Shown piece by piece: positions 9,355-18,072 of a stretch of DNA of 64,000 nucleotides. The stretch comes from Candidatus Latescibacterota bacterium (GTDB lineage: Bacteria; Latescibacterota; UBA2968; UBA8231), in NCBI GenBank assembly GCA_965242865.1, contig CBDETK010000013.1, forward strand, positions 96,001-160,000, given 5' to 3'. The translations under genes were made by a program, and so were the position numbers. The notes below the pieces were generated by a model. It did not search any database and was not told where the DNA came from. It worked only from the letters and a program-made list of their open reading frames with translations. Within the stretch, counting starts at the first letter, position 1, and each line of letters opens with the position of its first letter.

Positions 9355-11064
9355 TCACTGCTCCAGCCGCCGCAAAACCGGCACCAGCATATCCTCGGCT
9401 ACGCGCTCCCAACTCATCCTTTGGGCCACGGCGTAGCCTTCGGCCAGCCGCTTTTTGCGGTCGGTCGCATCCGTGGACAACTGGCGGGCCAAGGCACTGG
9501 CTACCACCCGGCTTTGCAATGCTTCGACTTCGGCGCATTCCCGCGCTCCAATCGGCTGGCCGGCGCGGGCCGCCTCGTTGAGCTGGGTATAGGCCCCCTC
9601 GATAAAGCCGCCCAATCCGGCCTCCCCGGCGGCGCGGCGCACAAAGCCGCGGCACCCGCACACATCGCTGACTACGCTGATGGTGCCAGCACTTAGGCAC
9701 TCGACTTGGGAGATGCCGAAAGGCTCGTAAATCGACTGCCCGAACTCCACGTCGCTCCCTCGGCGCAAATCGGCAAACTCCGCATTGGCCGGCAGGAACG
9801 CGCCGCAGCTTTGCTGGTCCCACCCGAATTGATTGACAAAAAGGGCTTTGACGGCCCGCGTGCGCGCATTAAAGGCGCGGACTAAAAGGTCGAATTTTAG
9901 CTCGCCGCGGCTGAGGTCGCTCCCGCCCTCGCGGTGGACCAGCGGCCACCCGTACGCGGCCATGCGCTCGATGTCCTCGGGGTCGCGGCGGCCGGTCTCG
10001 GTCGCCAATGCAATAAAAAGCGCCCGTTGCCCTCGCTCCCACAGGTGGCGGTCGAGGTGTTCGAGTACGAGCAAATCGCGCCACAACCCCTTGCTCTCGA
10101 CGAGGCGAGCGACGTGCGTGAAGACCATGTCCGGGGTCCATCCCAAGAGCGCGGCCCCGCTGGCCTGCACCTTTTTGCGTGCGGCCGCTCGCTCGGCCAC
10201 GGACAACTCAGGGGCTGGTACTCCGTTATACAGGAGGTCGATGGGACGAGCGGCGAATTCCGGCCCGAGCAAGCGCAGCTCCTCCACCACCCAATCGCCG
10301 ACCGCGAGGACTGCGTCGAGACGCCAAGCGCGGCTGACTAAGGCGTGTTTGAAATAACCGTCTTGCGGACCGAACAACTCGTCGATGTACTGACCGGTTG
10401 CTCTCGCTTGGCGCAGCGCGTTGTAAAAGGCAATATCGCGCCCGGGCCGCTCCTCCACTAAGGGCCGCACAGTGGCCACTTCGTGCGCGTAGAACAGGGT
10501 CTTACACGCGGCCTCGCTCATCAGGGCTTTGAAGGCAGTGCCCAGCCCCATGAATTCGTGCGCCAACAGCAGGAAGGGCGCGTCGCCGACTAGGGCACCC
10601 ACGGCCGCAAAACCCGGCTCGGCCAAGCGCAGGTATTGCTCGTATTCCCAGTGGTGTTCGTAGCGGTGCGATTCGAGGCCAAAGTGGAGGAATAGGTCGC
10701 GTTTGAATTCGTTGAGCCGCTGGGGCGGGTGGCTCACATCGACCAACAAAACCTCGGGCGAGGCTCGGCGTCCGTCTTGGGTCAGCAAGCACCGGCCATA
10801 GACCAGCCGCACGCCAAATTCCCGCTCGACCGCGCTGAGCCGGTCGGCGACTCGCGCCGTGCGGATGCTGCGGCTGGCGTCGTAGCGTATCTCGCCGTCT
10901 GGGCCGAGCGGTTGGGCGCGGTCTGGGTCGGTTAGAGGGCCGAGCAGGATCGTGCGCGGGCAATAGCTCTGGTAGGTACGAGCCGTGATCAGACCGCGCA
11001 AAACCGCGCCGATCCCCCCGACTTGCTGCACGGCTTCGTGCGTGACGTGGACGAGCGTGGTCAT
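9355..11064 (-). CDS. GT-B glycosyltransferase, glycogen-synthase (GT3)-like
   Basis: N-terminal HEAVQQVGGIGAV (cf. KVGGI) and SIYEPFGISQVE (cf. YEPWG). Confidence 0.65.
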   Translation of the reverse strand: MTTLVHVTHEAVQQVGGIGAVLRGLITARTYQSYCPRTILLGPLTDPDRAQPLGPDGEIRYDASRSIRTARVADRLSAVEREFGVRLVYGRCLLTQDGRRASPEVLLVDVSHPPQRLNEFKRDLFLHFGLESHRYEHHWEYEQYLRLAEPGFAAVGALVGDAPFLLLAHEFMGLGTAFKALMSEAACKTLFYAHEVATVRPLVEERPGRDIAFYNALRQARATGQYIDELFGPQDGYFKHALVSRAWRLDAVLAVGDWVVEELRLLGPEFAARPIDLLYNGVPAPELSVAERAAARKKVQASGAALLGWTPDMVFTHVARLVESKGLWRDLLVLEHLDRHLWERGQRALFIALATETGRRDPEDIERMAAYGWPLVHREGGSDLSRGELKFDLLVRAFNARTRAVKALFVNQFGWDQQSCGAFLPANAEFADLRRGSDVEFGQSIYEPFGISQVECLSAGTISVVSDVCGCRGFVRRAAGEAGLGGFIEGAYTQLNEAARAGQPIGARECAEVEALQSRVVASALARQLSTDATDRKKRLAEGYAVAQRMSWERVAEDMLVPVLRRLEQ

Positions 11065-11666
11065 TCCACTAGCTTTCCGCCCGTAATTCTCTGTAACAAG
11101 TGCGGTTCGTCCTTGAGAATGGGCTGAAAAGTCGGGTCGTTCTGGACCTGATCGGCTAGAGAATCCCCGCGTCTTTCTTCCTGCTTAATAAAAGCTATGA
11201 TTTCTTGGGTCGCCCAATGCACCGCTCCGCTATCTACTCGTCCGGGTGGGTAAAATTGTCCGCGTTCAACGAGAGGTCCCCATGCCGATCTCAGCAGGCT
11301 CACCTTGTCTTGAGGCACGAAGAACAAAGGAAAGTGAATGTGGCACAATTCCCACCGGAAATGCAGGTTTTCCTGTAGCAGATTTGAATAGGCCAATTCG
11401 ACGCTACTCCACCCACGACCCTGCGAGAGAAAGGTTGCCGAGACAAAATACACAACGTGTCGGCATCTTATAATATTCTCTCGAAGCGCGGCAAATGATC
11501 CTTGGCCTTTCGGGTAGTGATGGCGATCGAGCCACGGAAAGTAAGCGTTGTCTTCTAGTGCTCTGTACACGGGCAGCACTAGACGATCTCTATCTTCAGC
11601 ACAATGCGAGAGAAACACGTGATGGGTACAAGGCGGCAGACGCTCGACCTTCCAATCGCCGATCAT
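11061..11666 (-). CDS. TIR-domain protein
   Basis: HVFLSHCAED, PWLD, VVYFVSATFL, WSSVELAY (conserved TIR Glu); lower GC than flanks. Confidence 0.85.
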   Translation of the reverse strand: MIGDWKVERLPPCTHHVFLSHCAEDRDRLVLPVYRALEDNAYFPWLDRHHYPKGQGSFAALRENIIRCRHVVYFVSATFLSQGRGWSSVELAYSNLLQENLHFRWELCHIHFPLFFVPQDKVSLLRSAWGPLVERGQFYPPGRVDSGAVHWATQEIIAFIKQEERRGDSLADQVQNDPTFQPILKDEPHLLQRITGGKLVE

Positions 11667-12287
11667 TCAAGTCGCCCATTCGTGCAGCGGAGGAAAGGGT
11701 TCTACTTTGAGTATAGGGGGCGCAATGCCGGTAATGGCCGTAATCAGTTCCTCGCCGAGGGGCGTCGGACAGGCGAATATGTCGTGATTGATCTCCATAA
11801 CACCGCCTTCGGCCATGCTTTCACATGCCGTTTTGATCTGACCGATCCTGTATTTGTCGTCTAAAGCCGCATGTAGCGACTGGTAAGCCAAGCCGTAGCC
11901 AACCGTGCGCGTCGCGTTGAACTGCGGGAAGGCGGCGAGAATATCGCGGTAAATCTCAGGCAAGCTATCCACATCGTCCGTCCACTCAAAGGGTTCTATT
12001 TTGAGTGTAGGGGCCGCAATGCCGGTAATGGCCGTAATCAGTTCCTCGCCGAGGGGCGTCGGATAAGCGGATAGCTTGCCCTCAATTTCTATAACACCGC
12101 CTTCGGCCATGTTTTCACCCGCCTTCATAATCTGGCCGAGCGTGTATTTCCCATCCAAATCCGAACACAGCGATTGGAACGACAAGCCGTCGCCAACCTT
12201 GCGCGTCGGGTTGAACTGGGAGAAGGCGGCGAGAATATCGCGGTAAATCTCAGGTAAGCTATCCACATATTCGGCGGATATGGGCAT
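11667..12287 (-). CDS. Hypothetical protein of two tandem ~98-aa winged-helix-like repeats
   Basis: RBS AAGGAG; VDSLPEIYRDILAAF...PTPLGEELITAITGIA occurs twice, 294 nt apart. Confidence 0.75.
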   Translation of the reverse strand: MPISAEYVDSLPEIYRDILAAFSQFNPTRKVGDGLSFQSLCSDLDGKYTLGQIMKAGENMAEGGVIEIEGKLSAYPTPLGEELITAITGIAAPTLKIEPFEWTDDVDSLPEIYRDILAAFPQFNATRTVGYGLAYQSLHAALDDKYRIGQIKTACESMAEGGVMEINHDIFACPTPLGEELITAITGIAPPILKVEPFPPLHEWAT

Positions 12288-12320
12288 GTCATATCTCCTT
12301 GCGTTGAGTGTGCATGGTCG

Positions 12321-12345
12321 CGTCGCTGACAAAATAGATCGCCGC
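12321..12345. repeat. 25-bp exact direct repeat, copy 1 (copy 2 at 13983-14007)
   Basis: CGTCGCTGACAAAATAGATCGCCGC; both copies lie just upstream of minus-strand genes. Confidence 0.85.
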
Positions 12346-12429
12346 TGCGGTCGCAGCTCGTGAGGAGGTCGTTGCGGCGTCGGATGCGCTGGACGACGTC
12401 ATGTCAACGCCCCCTTCAGCTTTGGACCC

Positions 12430-13950
12430 TCAGTCCGCCGCTGCAACAGCCTCGGCTGCCGCTGAAAGTTCAGCGATGTCAAACGCCAGACGGTTGATAG
12501 TTATGGTCCCGGACACAGACATATCAGTATCCTCGACCACGACGCTCATATTGAGCGTCAACTCGCCTTCTTGGGAACCAGAAAACGAGAGCGTCCCTGT
12601 CACCGGGACGGGCATATTCTCTAGCACCTTAGCCTTATCGACGGTCAAGGTGCCGTTGAGCACCAACGCACCATCGGGCGAAAAGTCCCGAAACAACCAG
12701 TCGTTGTCGATGATCACCACTACGCCGCTTTGTCCCGGAACCGACACCACTTCATCGGCAGGGGCGACTAGCAAGGCCAAGAATATAGTCTGAATACTGG
12801 AGGCCAGGGTGCCGTATAAGTCAATGATTTCGGTAGGGGGGACCACCTCGGTGGTGGTAAAGGATTGCGCCCCCAAAAATTGCGGTTGAATAGCCCATAC
12901 CCCGGTCTGGCGGTCAATATAGCCCCATCGTTCCGTATCCCGATCCCAAACCGCCGCCAAGCCCTCGCTAAAGTCGCCCACCCGCTCAAATTGCGGTTCA
13001 ATAACCCAAGCCCCGGTCTGGTCAACATAGCCCCATAGAGAGCCGGGAACCCTCTGCCCCGCCGCCAAACCCTCAGAAAACGAACCGAAGTAGTAATGCC
13101 CCGGCTCAATAGCGAAGTGCCCTGCTGCATCAATAAAGGCACTGTGCCCAGGGTTTAACACAACCGACGCTAACCCCTCAGAAAACGAAGACGCCCCATA
13201 AAATTGCGGCTCAATGCTCCACGCACCCGACAGATCAATATAGCCCCATAAATTCGTATCCCGATCCCAAACCGCCGTCAAGCCCTCGCTAAAACCCAAC
13301 GACAGATACCCGTCAGAGAACTGTGGTTGAATAGCCCATGCCCCGGTCTGGTCGATATAGCCCCATCGTTCCGTATCCCGATCCCAAACCGCCGCCAAGC
13401 CCTCGCTAAAGCCGTACTCCCTAACGTTGGACGGCCATTCAAATTGCGGCTCAATGGCCCATTCGCCCGTCTTGTCGATAAAGCCGTACGTCCACGAGTC
13501 ACGATCCAGAACCGCCGCTAGCCCCTCGCTAAAGTCGAACACACCCGCAAATTGCGGTTCAATAACCCAATCACCATTGGGGGCGATATAGCCCCATAGC
13601 CCCGTATCCAGATCCTTCACCGCCGCCAAACCCTCGCTAAACACACGAGCCTCCCGAAAGCGAGAATACAACCACTGCCAAACCCAACGCCCTTCCGAGT
13701 TGCGAACCCACTGCCCGCTGCGATTGGGCGGAATGACCCAACGCCCTTGTTGGTCGATATAGCCCCATAACCCCGTCGCCCCATCCTGAACCGCGGCCAA
13801 GACGGCCCGGTTGTCCGATAGAGCAACCAGCGTATGCGTTGGGACCTCGTGCCCCACCTTCGCGGCTGGCGGAGCAACCGGCCCGCCTTCGCCACAACCC
13901 AGCCCGAACCAGACCAGTACGCCTAAGAAAAACCACCGTCGATTTTGCAT
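12430..13950 (-). CDS. WG-repeat (KWG-type beta repeat) lipoprotein
   Basis: Multiple FSEGLAAV...WGYID..G.W.I.PQF repeats; lipobox-like GLGC. Confidence 0.9.
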   Translation of the reverse strand: MQNRRWFFLGVLVWFGLGCGEGGPVAPPAAKVGHEVPTHTLVALSDNRAVLAAVQDGATGLWGYIDQQGRWVIPPNRSGQWVRNSEGRWVWQWLYSRFREARVFSEGLAAVKDLDTGLWGYIAPNGDWVIEPQFAGVFDFSEGLAAVLDRDSWTYGFIDKTGEWAIEPQFEWPSNVREYGFSEGLAAVWDRDTERWGYIDQTGAWAIQPQFSDGYLSLGFSEGLTAVWDRDTNLWGYIDLSGAWSIEPQFYGASSFSEGLASVVLNPGHSAFIDAAGHFAIEPGHYYFGSFSEGLAAGQRVPGSLWGYVDQTGAWVIEPQFERVGDFSEGLAAVWDRDTERWGYIDRQTGVWAIQPQFLGAQSFTTTEVVPPTEIIDLYGTLASSIQTIFLALLVAPADEVVSVPGQSGVVVIIDNDWLFRDFSPDGALVLNGTLTVDKAKVLENMPVPVTGTLSFSGSQEGELTLNMSVVVEDTDMSVSGTITINRLAFDIAELSAAAEAVAAAD

Positions 13951-13982
13951 CGCAATCCTTCTCGTGAATGATTTTGCGTGGT

Positions 13983-14007
13983 CGTCGCTGACAAAATAGA
14001 TCGCCGC
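13983..14007. repeat. 25-bp exact direct repeat, copy 2
   Basis: Identical to 12321-12345. Confidence 0.85.
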
Positions 14008-14104
14008 CTAAGCCCCGACAAGACGACCAGAGCACTTGGTGCTGTGCAGTTAGATTCGTACTCTTTCTCGTCCATGTCCCCAACTTACTTTCCAGCGAGG
14101 AATC

Positions 14105-15043
14105 ATGCCCCCTAGCCCCTCCCTTCCCTCCCATGCTTACGACTCCCTCATCGACCTCGCCCTGCGAGAAGACCTCGGCACCGTAGATGTCCAAGCAGAT
14201 CGCACCGCTGCTTGGACCGTGGCGGGCGATGCCGAAGCTCGCGCCCGCATCATCGCCCGCCAAGCCGGCGTCGTCGCCGGCATCGAAGTCGCCCGCGCAG
14301 TCTTTGCTCGTCTCGACGCGGGCGTTTCCGTGTGCGCCGAGGTGGCCGACGGGGACGCGGTCGCAGCAGGCCAGACCCTCGTCCGCTTGCAGGGCCGCGC
14401 CCGCTCGCTCTTGGCCGGGGAACGCACCGCGCTCAATTTCCTGCAACAGCTTTCGGGCGTAGCCACCCTGACCCAGTGCTATGTGAAAGCCCTAACCGGC
14501 ACGGCCACGCGCATCACCGACACCCGCAAAACTACCCCGGGCTGGCGGCACTTGCAGAAGTGGGCCGTGCGCTTGGGCGGCGGCGTCAATCACCGCATGG
14601 GCCTGTACGACGCCGTGCTGATCAAGGAAAACCACGCCGCGGCCGCTGGGGGCGTTGGCGCGGCCATCCGTGCGGCACGGGGCCAAGCAGCCCCGATTTA
14701 CGTGGAGGCCGAAACGCTCGCGGAAGTGGAGGAGGCCCTAGCGGGCGGCCCGGACCGCATCCTGCTCGACAACATGGACGCGCCGACCCTGCGCCGGGCC
14801 GCAACGCTCATCCGCGCCGCCAATCCCAGCATTGAGATTGAGGCCACCGGCGGGTACACCTTGGCGACCGTGCGCGAGGCCGCCGCGGCCGGGGTGGACT
14901 TCGTGTCGATCGGGGCCTTGACGCATTCGGCGCCGGCGTTGGATCTAAGCATGCTTTTTGGGGAATATAGCAATCCTACGTCATTCAAGACTGGCTTCCC
15001 GCCCCGTGTCGGAGCACGGGGTGACGTTCTTTTGCGGGAATGA
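14105..15043 (+). CDS. nadC: Nicotinate-nucleotide diphosphorylase (quinolinate phosphoribosyltransferase)
   Basis: ERTALNFLQ, DTRKTTPG, HRMGLYDAVLIKENH, ILLDNM, GALTHSA; C-terminus runs on through a repeat element. Confidence 0.95.
   Translation: MPPSPSLPSHAYDSLIDLALREDLGTVDVQADRTAAWTVAGDAEARARIIARQAGVVAGIEVARAVFARLDAGVSVCAEVADGDAVAAGQTLVRLQGRARSLLAGERTALNFLQQLSGVATLTQCYVKALTGTATRITDTRKTTPGWRHLQKWAVRLGGGVNHRMGLYDAVLIKENHAAAAGGVGAAIRAARGQAAPIYVEAETLAEVEEALAGGPDRILLDNMDAPTLRRAATLIRAANPSIEIEATGGYTLATVREAAAAGVDFVSIGALTHSAPALDLSMLFGEYSNPTSFKTGFPPRVGARGDVLLRE
14966..15043. repeat. Palindromic dispersed repeat (CCCGC...GCGGGAATGA family)
   Basis: TATAGCAATCCTACGTCATTCAAGACTGGCTTCCCGC matches the reverse complement of 57296-57332. 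Confidence 0.6.
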
Positions 15044-15107
15044 TGACGCGAGCACGGCCTCCCATTTCGCGGGATGGGCGATGAACTAGCCCGGCGGCGG
15101 CGAGAAG

Positions 15108-15317
15108 ATGAGCACATACAGACAGCTACCCGGTCCACCACAACTACCGCTCGTTGGCAACGCGCATCAGATTCGCCCGTCGCGGATGCACGAAATTTTG
15201 GAGAACTGGGCCGATCGCTATGGCCCGTTCTATCGGATCAAGGCCGGGCACAGTCGGCGTGCCCGGATTGTTCGTCGCAGAGGGCGACGACTGGGTGCAG
15301 CAACGTCCTATCTTTGA
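15108..15317 (+). pseudogene. Cytochrome P450 N-terminal remnant
   Basis: LPGPPQLPLVGNAHQI...WADRYGPFY, then GLFVAEGDDWVQQR in another frame; rest of gene absent. Confidence 0.75.
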
Positions 15318-15408
15318 AGGCGCGTTGAACGTTGTAACGCCAAGTGCGTTCAATCCCAAGATAGCGGTCAGTTTGGCCCGAGTACGCGACAAGTGGTAGG
15401 TCGCCTCG

Positions 15409-17403
15409 TCAAATCTGCGTCAAAAAGCTGCCCATCTGCCCCGTGATGTAATCGGCCACCAGCCAAAGGCCGGCCGCGACCACTTCCCCGAGAATCAGCC
15501 CCAGAAAAAACGGACGCAGGCTCCGGTATAGCCGCGGCCCCCCATACTTGAGAATCACCAGCTTGAGCAGCCAAGCGATGAGCGCGCTGGCAAAGATGTG
15601 GCCGGTTTTCCAGTTCGCGCTGATGGCGTAGCCGAGCGGGTTAAGCGGCCACCACAGCAGGTGGTGCCGCACCCACATTAGCAAGGCCATCACTCCGCCG
15701 CCGATCCCCATGAACAGCCACGCATCGAGGCGCGGGCCGGTCCATGCCGCCGCAATGCGCGGGGCCATGTCCTTGGGGCCGTACGTGGCGGCCCCCCAGC
15801 CAAAGAACAGGCCGTTGAGGTTGATGCCGCCGTATTGGTACGCCAACGCCATAGTGACGTACGAAGAGCCGACCAAGCTGACCACAATGGCGATGATCAC
15901 CGCCCAGAACAGCCGCCGCTTCCCGCCCTTGATCGCCTCGCTCATCTTCAGGCCATTGGCGACCGACGACATTACAAACGAGCGGATTTCCGAGTGCCAG
16001 CCATAAGAAAACCCCAAGGCCACCAAGCCAGAGGCTCCCAAGCTCGAAGCCCCGGCCCCGGAAATCACAAAGGTCGAGGTCATAATGGGGGGACGCATCG
16101 CTGGAATACCTCCTTCGGCGACCACCCGCGTCAGGCCCAAAAACAGCACCATGGCCCCAAAGACAAACAGCACCACGCCCAACGGCGGCAGCCCGGCCAT
16201 CCACAGGCCCAATCCCACCAAACCAAGCGACGCCAACAAGCCCGAGGTCGCCTGCCGATACGACAGGATTTCGTCGGCATCTGCTACGGCCGGATCGCCG
16301 GACCACGCCTTGCGCCACACGGCCCGCAAATGCCCGCGCGCCACCCACAGCCCGATCAGCACAAAGACGATCATCGCGCCCATGCCCTGATGGGCTAGGT
16401 AGGGCTCCCGCGAGTACAGATCCATCCGCTCGGTGCTTTGCAGGCCGAGGACGTTAAAGACCCCCCGTTGCACCGTGGTCAGGAGGTAGAACACCCAGAT
16501 AGACGCGGAAATATCCAAGTTGACAAAGTAAAAGAAGCCGATCCAAGGCGGGCTAAACCACAAGTCCAAGCGCACGCTATCGCGGAACAGGGGAAGCGAC
16601 GCACGCCGCGCTAGCTCGGGCACCTCTGGGAAATAGGCGTGTAAGCCGTTGACGCTGAGCAAGACGAAGGCAAACGCAAACCCCAGCCACATCGCCTTGT
16701 TGACAAAAAACGCACGCCCAATAGCTCGCCCTTGCTCGCGCTGGATCATCTCCATCGGCACTTGGACCAACGGATACGCCAGCTTCTCCCGATCGACCCA
16801 TTGCCGGCGCAGAATGACCATCGTGCAAATCATGGCGGCACTGAGTGCCAAGAAGAAGCCGTACCAATAGGTCAGCGGCAGCACCCACGCGCCCCAGGGG
16901 ATGGCGACCCCTTCGGGCAGCCCCTCAAAGAAGTAGCGTGCAACGTTTTCGCCGTGCGGGATCATCCACGTGGGGATGTACTGGTTGTATAAAAAGTCCC
17001 AGTTGTTCTCCGGCGTCGCGTAGTACGTAGAGCCGACCAAACAGGGAATGATAAATTGAGTAAACCCCATCCCGGGAATGCAGCAGGCGACTACCAACAT
17101 GACGTAGATGGTAATCAGCTCGGATTGGGTCAGGGCCAGAGAGCGGCGCAGGCAGTACACCAAGCCGCTGGCCGGTACTAAGAAAAAGAAGAAGAAGAGC
17201 GCGGCCGGTGTACTAAAATTTAAGGTGAGGTACGAGCCGCGAATGATGGTCGTGGCGTACGCGTCTAAACCATTGAGCAGCAAGGCGAGCACCGCGCCGA
17301 TTAGGATGCCCCGCGCCGAGATGCCGGCGCCATCCTGCGGCCCTTCCCCGGCCGAGTGCATCCATTCGAGGTATGCTGGAGGAATCCGCTTTTTCAATTC
17401 CAT
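15409..17403 (-). CDS. Multi-pass membrane protein, DUF6785/DUF6784-type putative transporter
   Basis: 664 aa, many TM helices; RRQWVDREKLAYPL, LTRVVAEGG, WWPLNPLGY, PFFLGLILGE. Confidence 0.75.
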   Translation of the reverse strand: MELKKRIPPAYLEWMHSAGEGPQDGAGISARGILIGAVLALLLNGLDAYATTIIRGSYLTLNFSTPAALFFFFFLVPASGLVYCLRRSLALTQSELITIYVMLVVACCIPGMGFTQFIIPCLVGSTYYATPENNWDFLYNQYIPTWMIPHGENVARYFFEGLPEGVAIPWGAWVLPLTYWYGFFLALSAAMICTMVILRRQWVDREKLAYPLVQVPMEMIQREQGRAIGRAFFVNKAMWLGFAFAFVLLSVNGLHAYFPEVPELARRASLPLFRDSVRLDLWFSPPWIGFFYFVNLDISASIWVFYLLTTVQRGVFNVLGLQSTERMDLYSREPYLAHQGMGAMIVFVLIGLWVARGHLRAVWRKAWSGDPAVADADEILSYRQATSGLLASLGLVGLGLWMAGLPPLGVVLFVFGAMVLFLGLTRVVAEGGIPAMRPPIMTSTFVISGAGASSLGASGLVALGFSYGWHSEIRSFVMSSVANGLKMSEAIKGGKRRLFWAVIIAIVVSLVGSSYVTMALAYQYGGINLNGLFFGWGAATYGPKDMAPRIAAAWTGPRLDAWLFMGIGGGVMALLMWVRHHLLWWPLNPLGYAISANWKTGHIFASALIAWLLKLVILKYGGPRLYRSLRPFFLGLILGEVVAAGLWLVADYITGQMGSFLTQI

Positions 17404-17430
17404 TTGCCTCGGCCATGGTTCAAACAGTAC

Positions 17431-17760
17431 CTATTCGGCTGCAACCGCCTTTTCCAAGACTTCTTGAATGTAACCATTCAAGTTGAGGTGCCGACGAGCA
17501 GCGTTCAAAGTCATGCGACGATGGAGTTCAGGACTTGCTTGAATCACGATTTTGCCCGAGAAAGGTTCTTCCGGTGCCCTTCCTTGTTCTTGGCAAAACG
17601 CAAGGTACTCTTCAATTGACCGCTGCATCTCTTTTTTAAGTTCCGTTACCGATGATCCGTAAAACGAAATCACGTCGTTTGTGTTGATCACCGTTCCGTG
17701 AAATGTGTCAATTTCCGAATCAAACGAAACCACTCCCAGATACCCTTTGTATTCGATCAC
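17431..17760 (-). CDS. hicB: HicB-family antitoxin
   Basis: YKGYLG, FHGTV..DVISFYG, YLAFC..GRAPEEPFSG, LNGYI. Confidence 0.9.
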   Translation of the reverse strand: MIEYKGYLGVVSFDSEIDTFHGTVINTNDVISFYGSSVTELKKEMQRSIEEYLAFCQEQGRAPEEPFSGKIVIQASPELHRRMTLNAARRHLNLNGYIQEVLEKAVAAE

Positions 17761-18011
17761 GGCCTAACTCCTGCATTTTCGAGGAACCTTCGCAGATCTC
17801 GTACTGCGCCCTTGTCCATATTTGGACTCGGATGTGGACGATGAAAAACAGCAAAGCTATCGTTCAGCGATACAGCAATTCTCGATCCCGCCCGTTCACT
17901 CAAGACGGCACCCAAGGTTTGCAACAATGCTTCGACATCACGCCATTTGATATTGCCTGATATCGGCTGTGCAAATATATCATTGAATGTTTTCCTATGG
18001 CGTTTATTCAT
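17757..18011 (-). CDS. hicA: HicA-family toxin
   Basis: IKWRDVEALL, ERAGSRI, FHRPHP; overlaps hicB by 4 nt. Confidence 0.9.
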   Translation of the reverse strand: MNKRHRKTFNDIFAQPISGNIKWRDVEALLQTLGAVLSERAGSRIAVSLNDSFAVFHRPHPSPNMDKGAVRDLRRFLENAGVRP

Positions 18012-18072
18012 TTCGACAATATGCCACTGCGGCGACCGACGCGCAATGGTGCTTTCGCAGAGCTCGCGCTAA

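Noticed and set aside
11061-11666. Thoeris system
   Set aside because: No ThsA-type (SIR2-SLOG or Macro) effector nearby
12900-13640. Near-identical ~55-nt DNA repeats
   Set aside because: Explained by WG protein repeats
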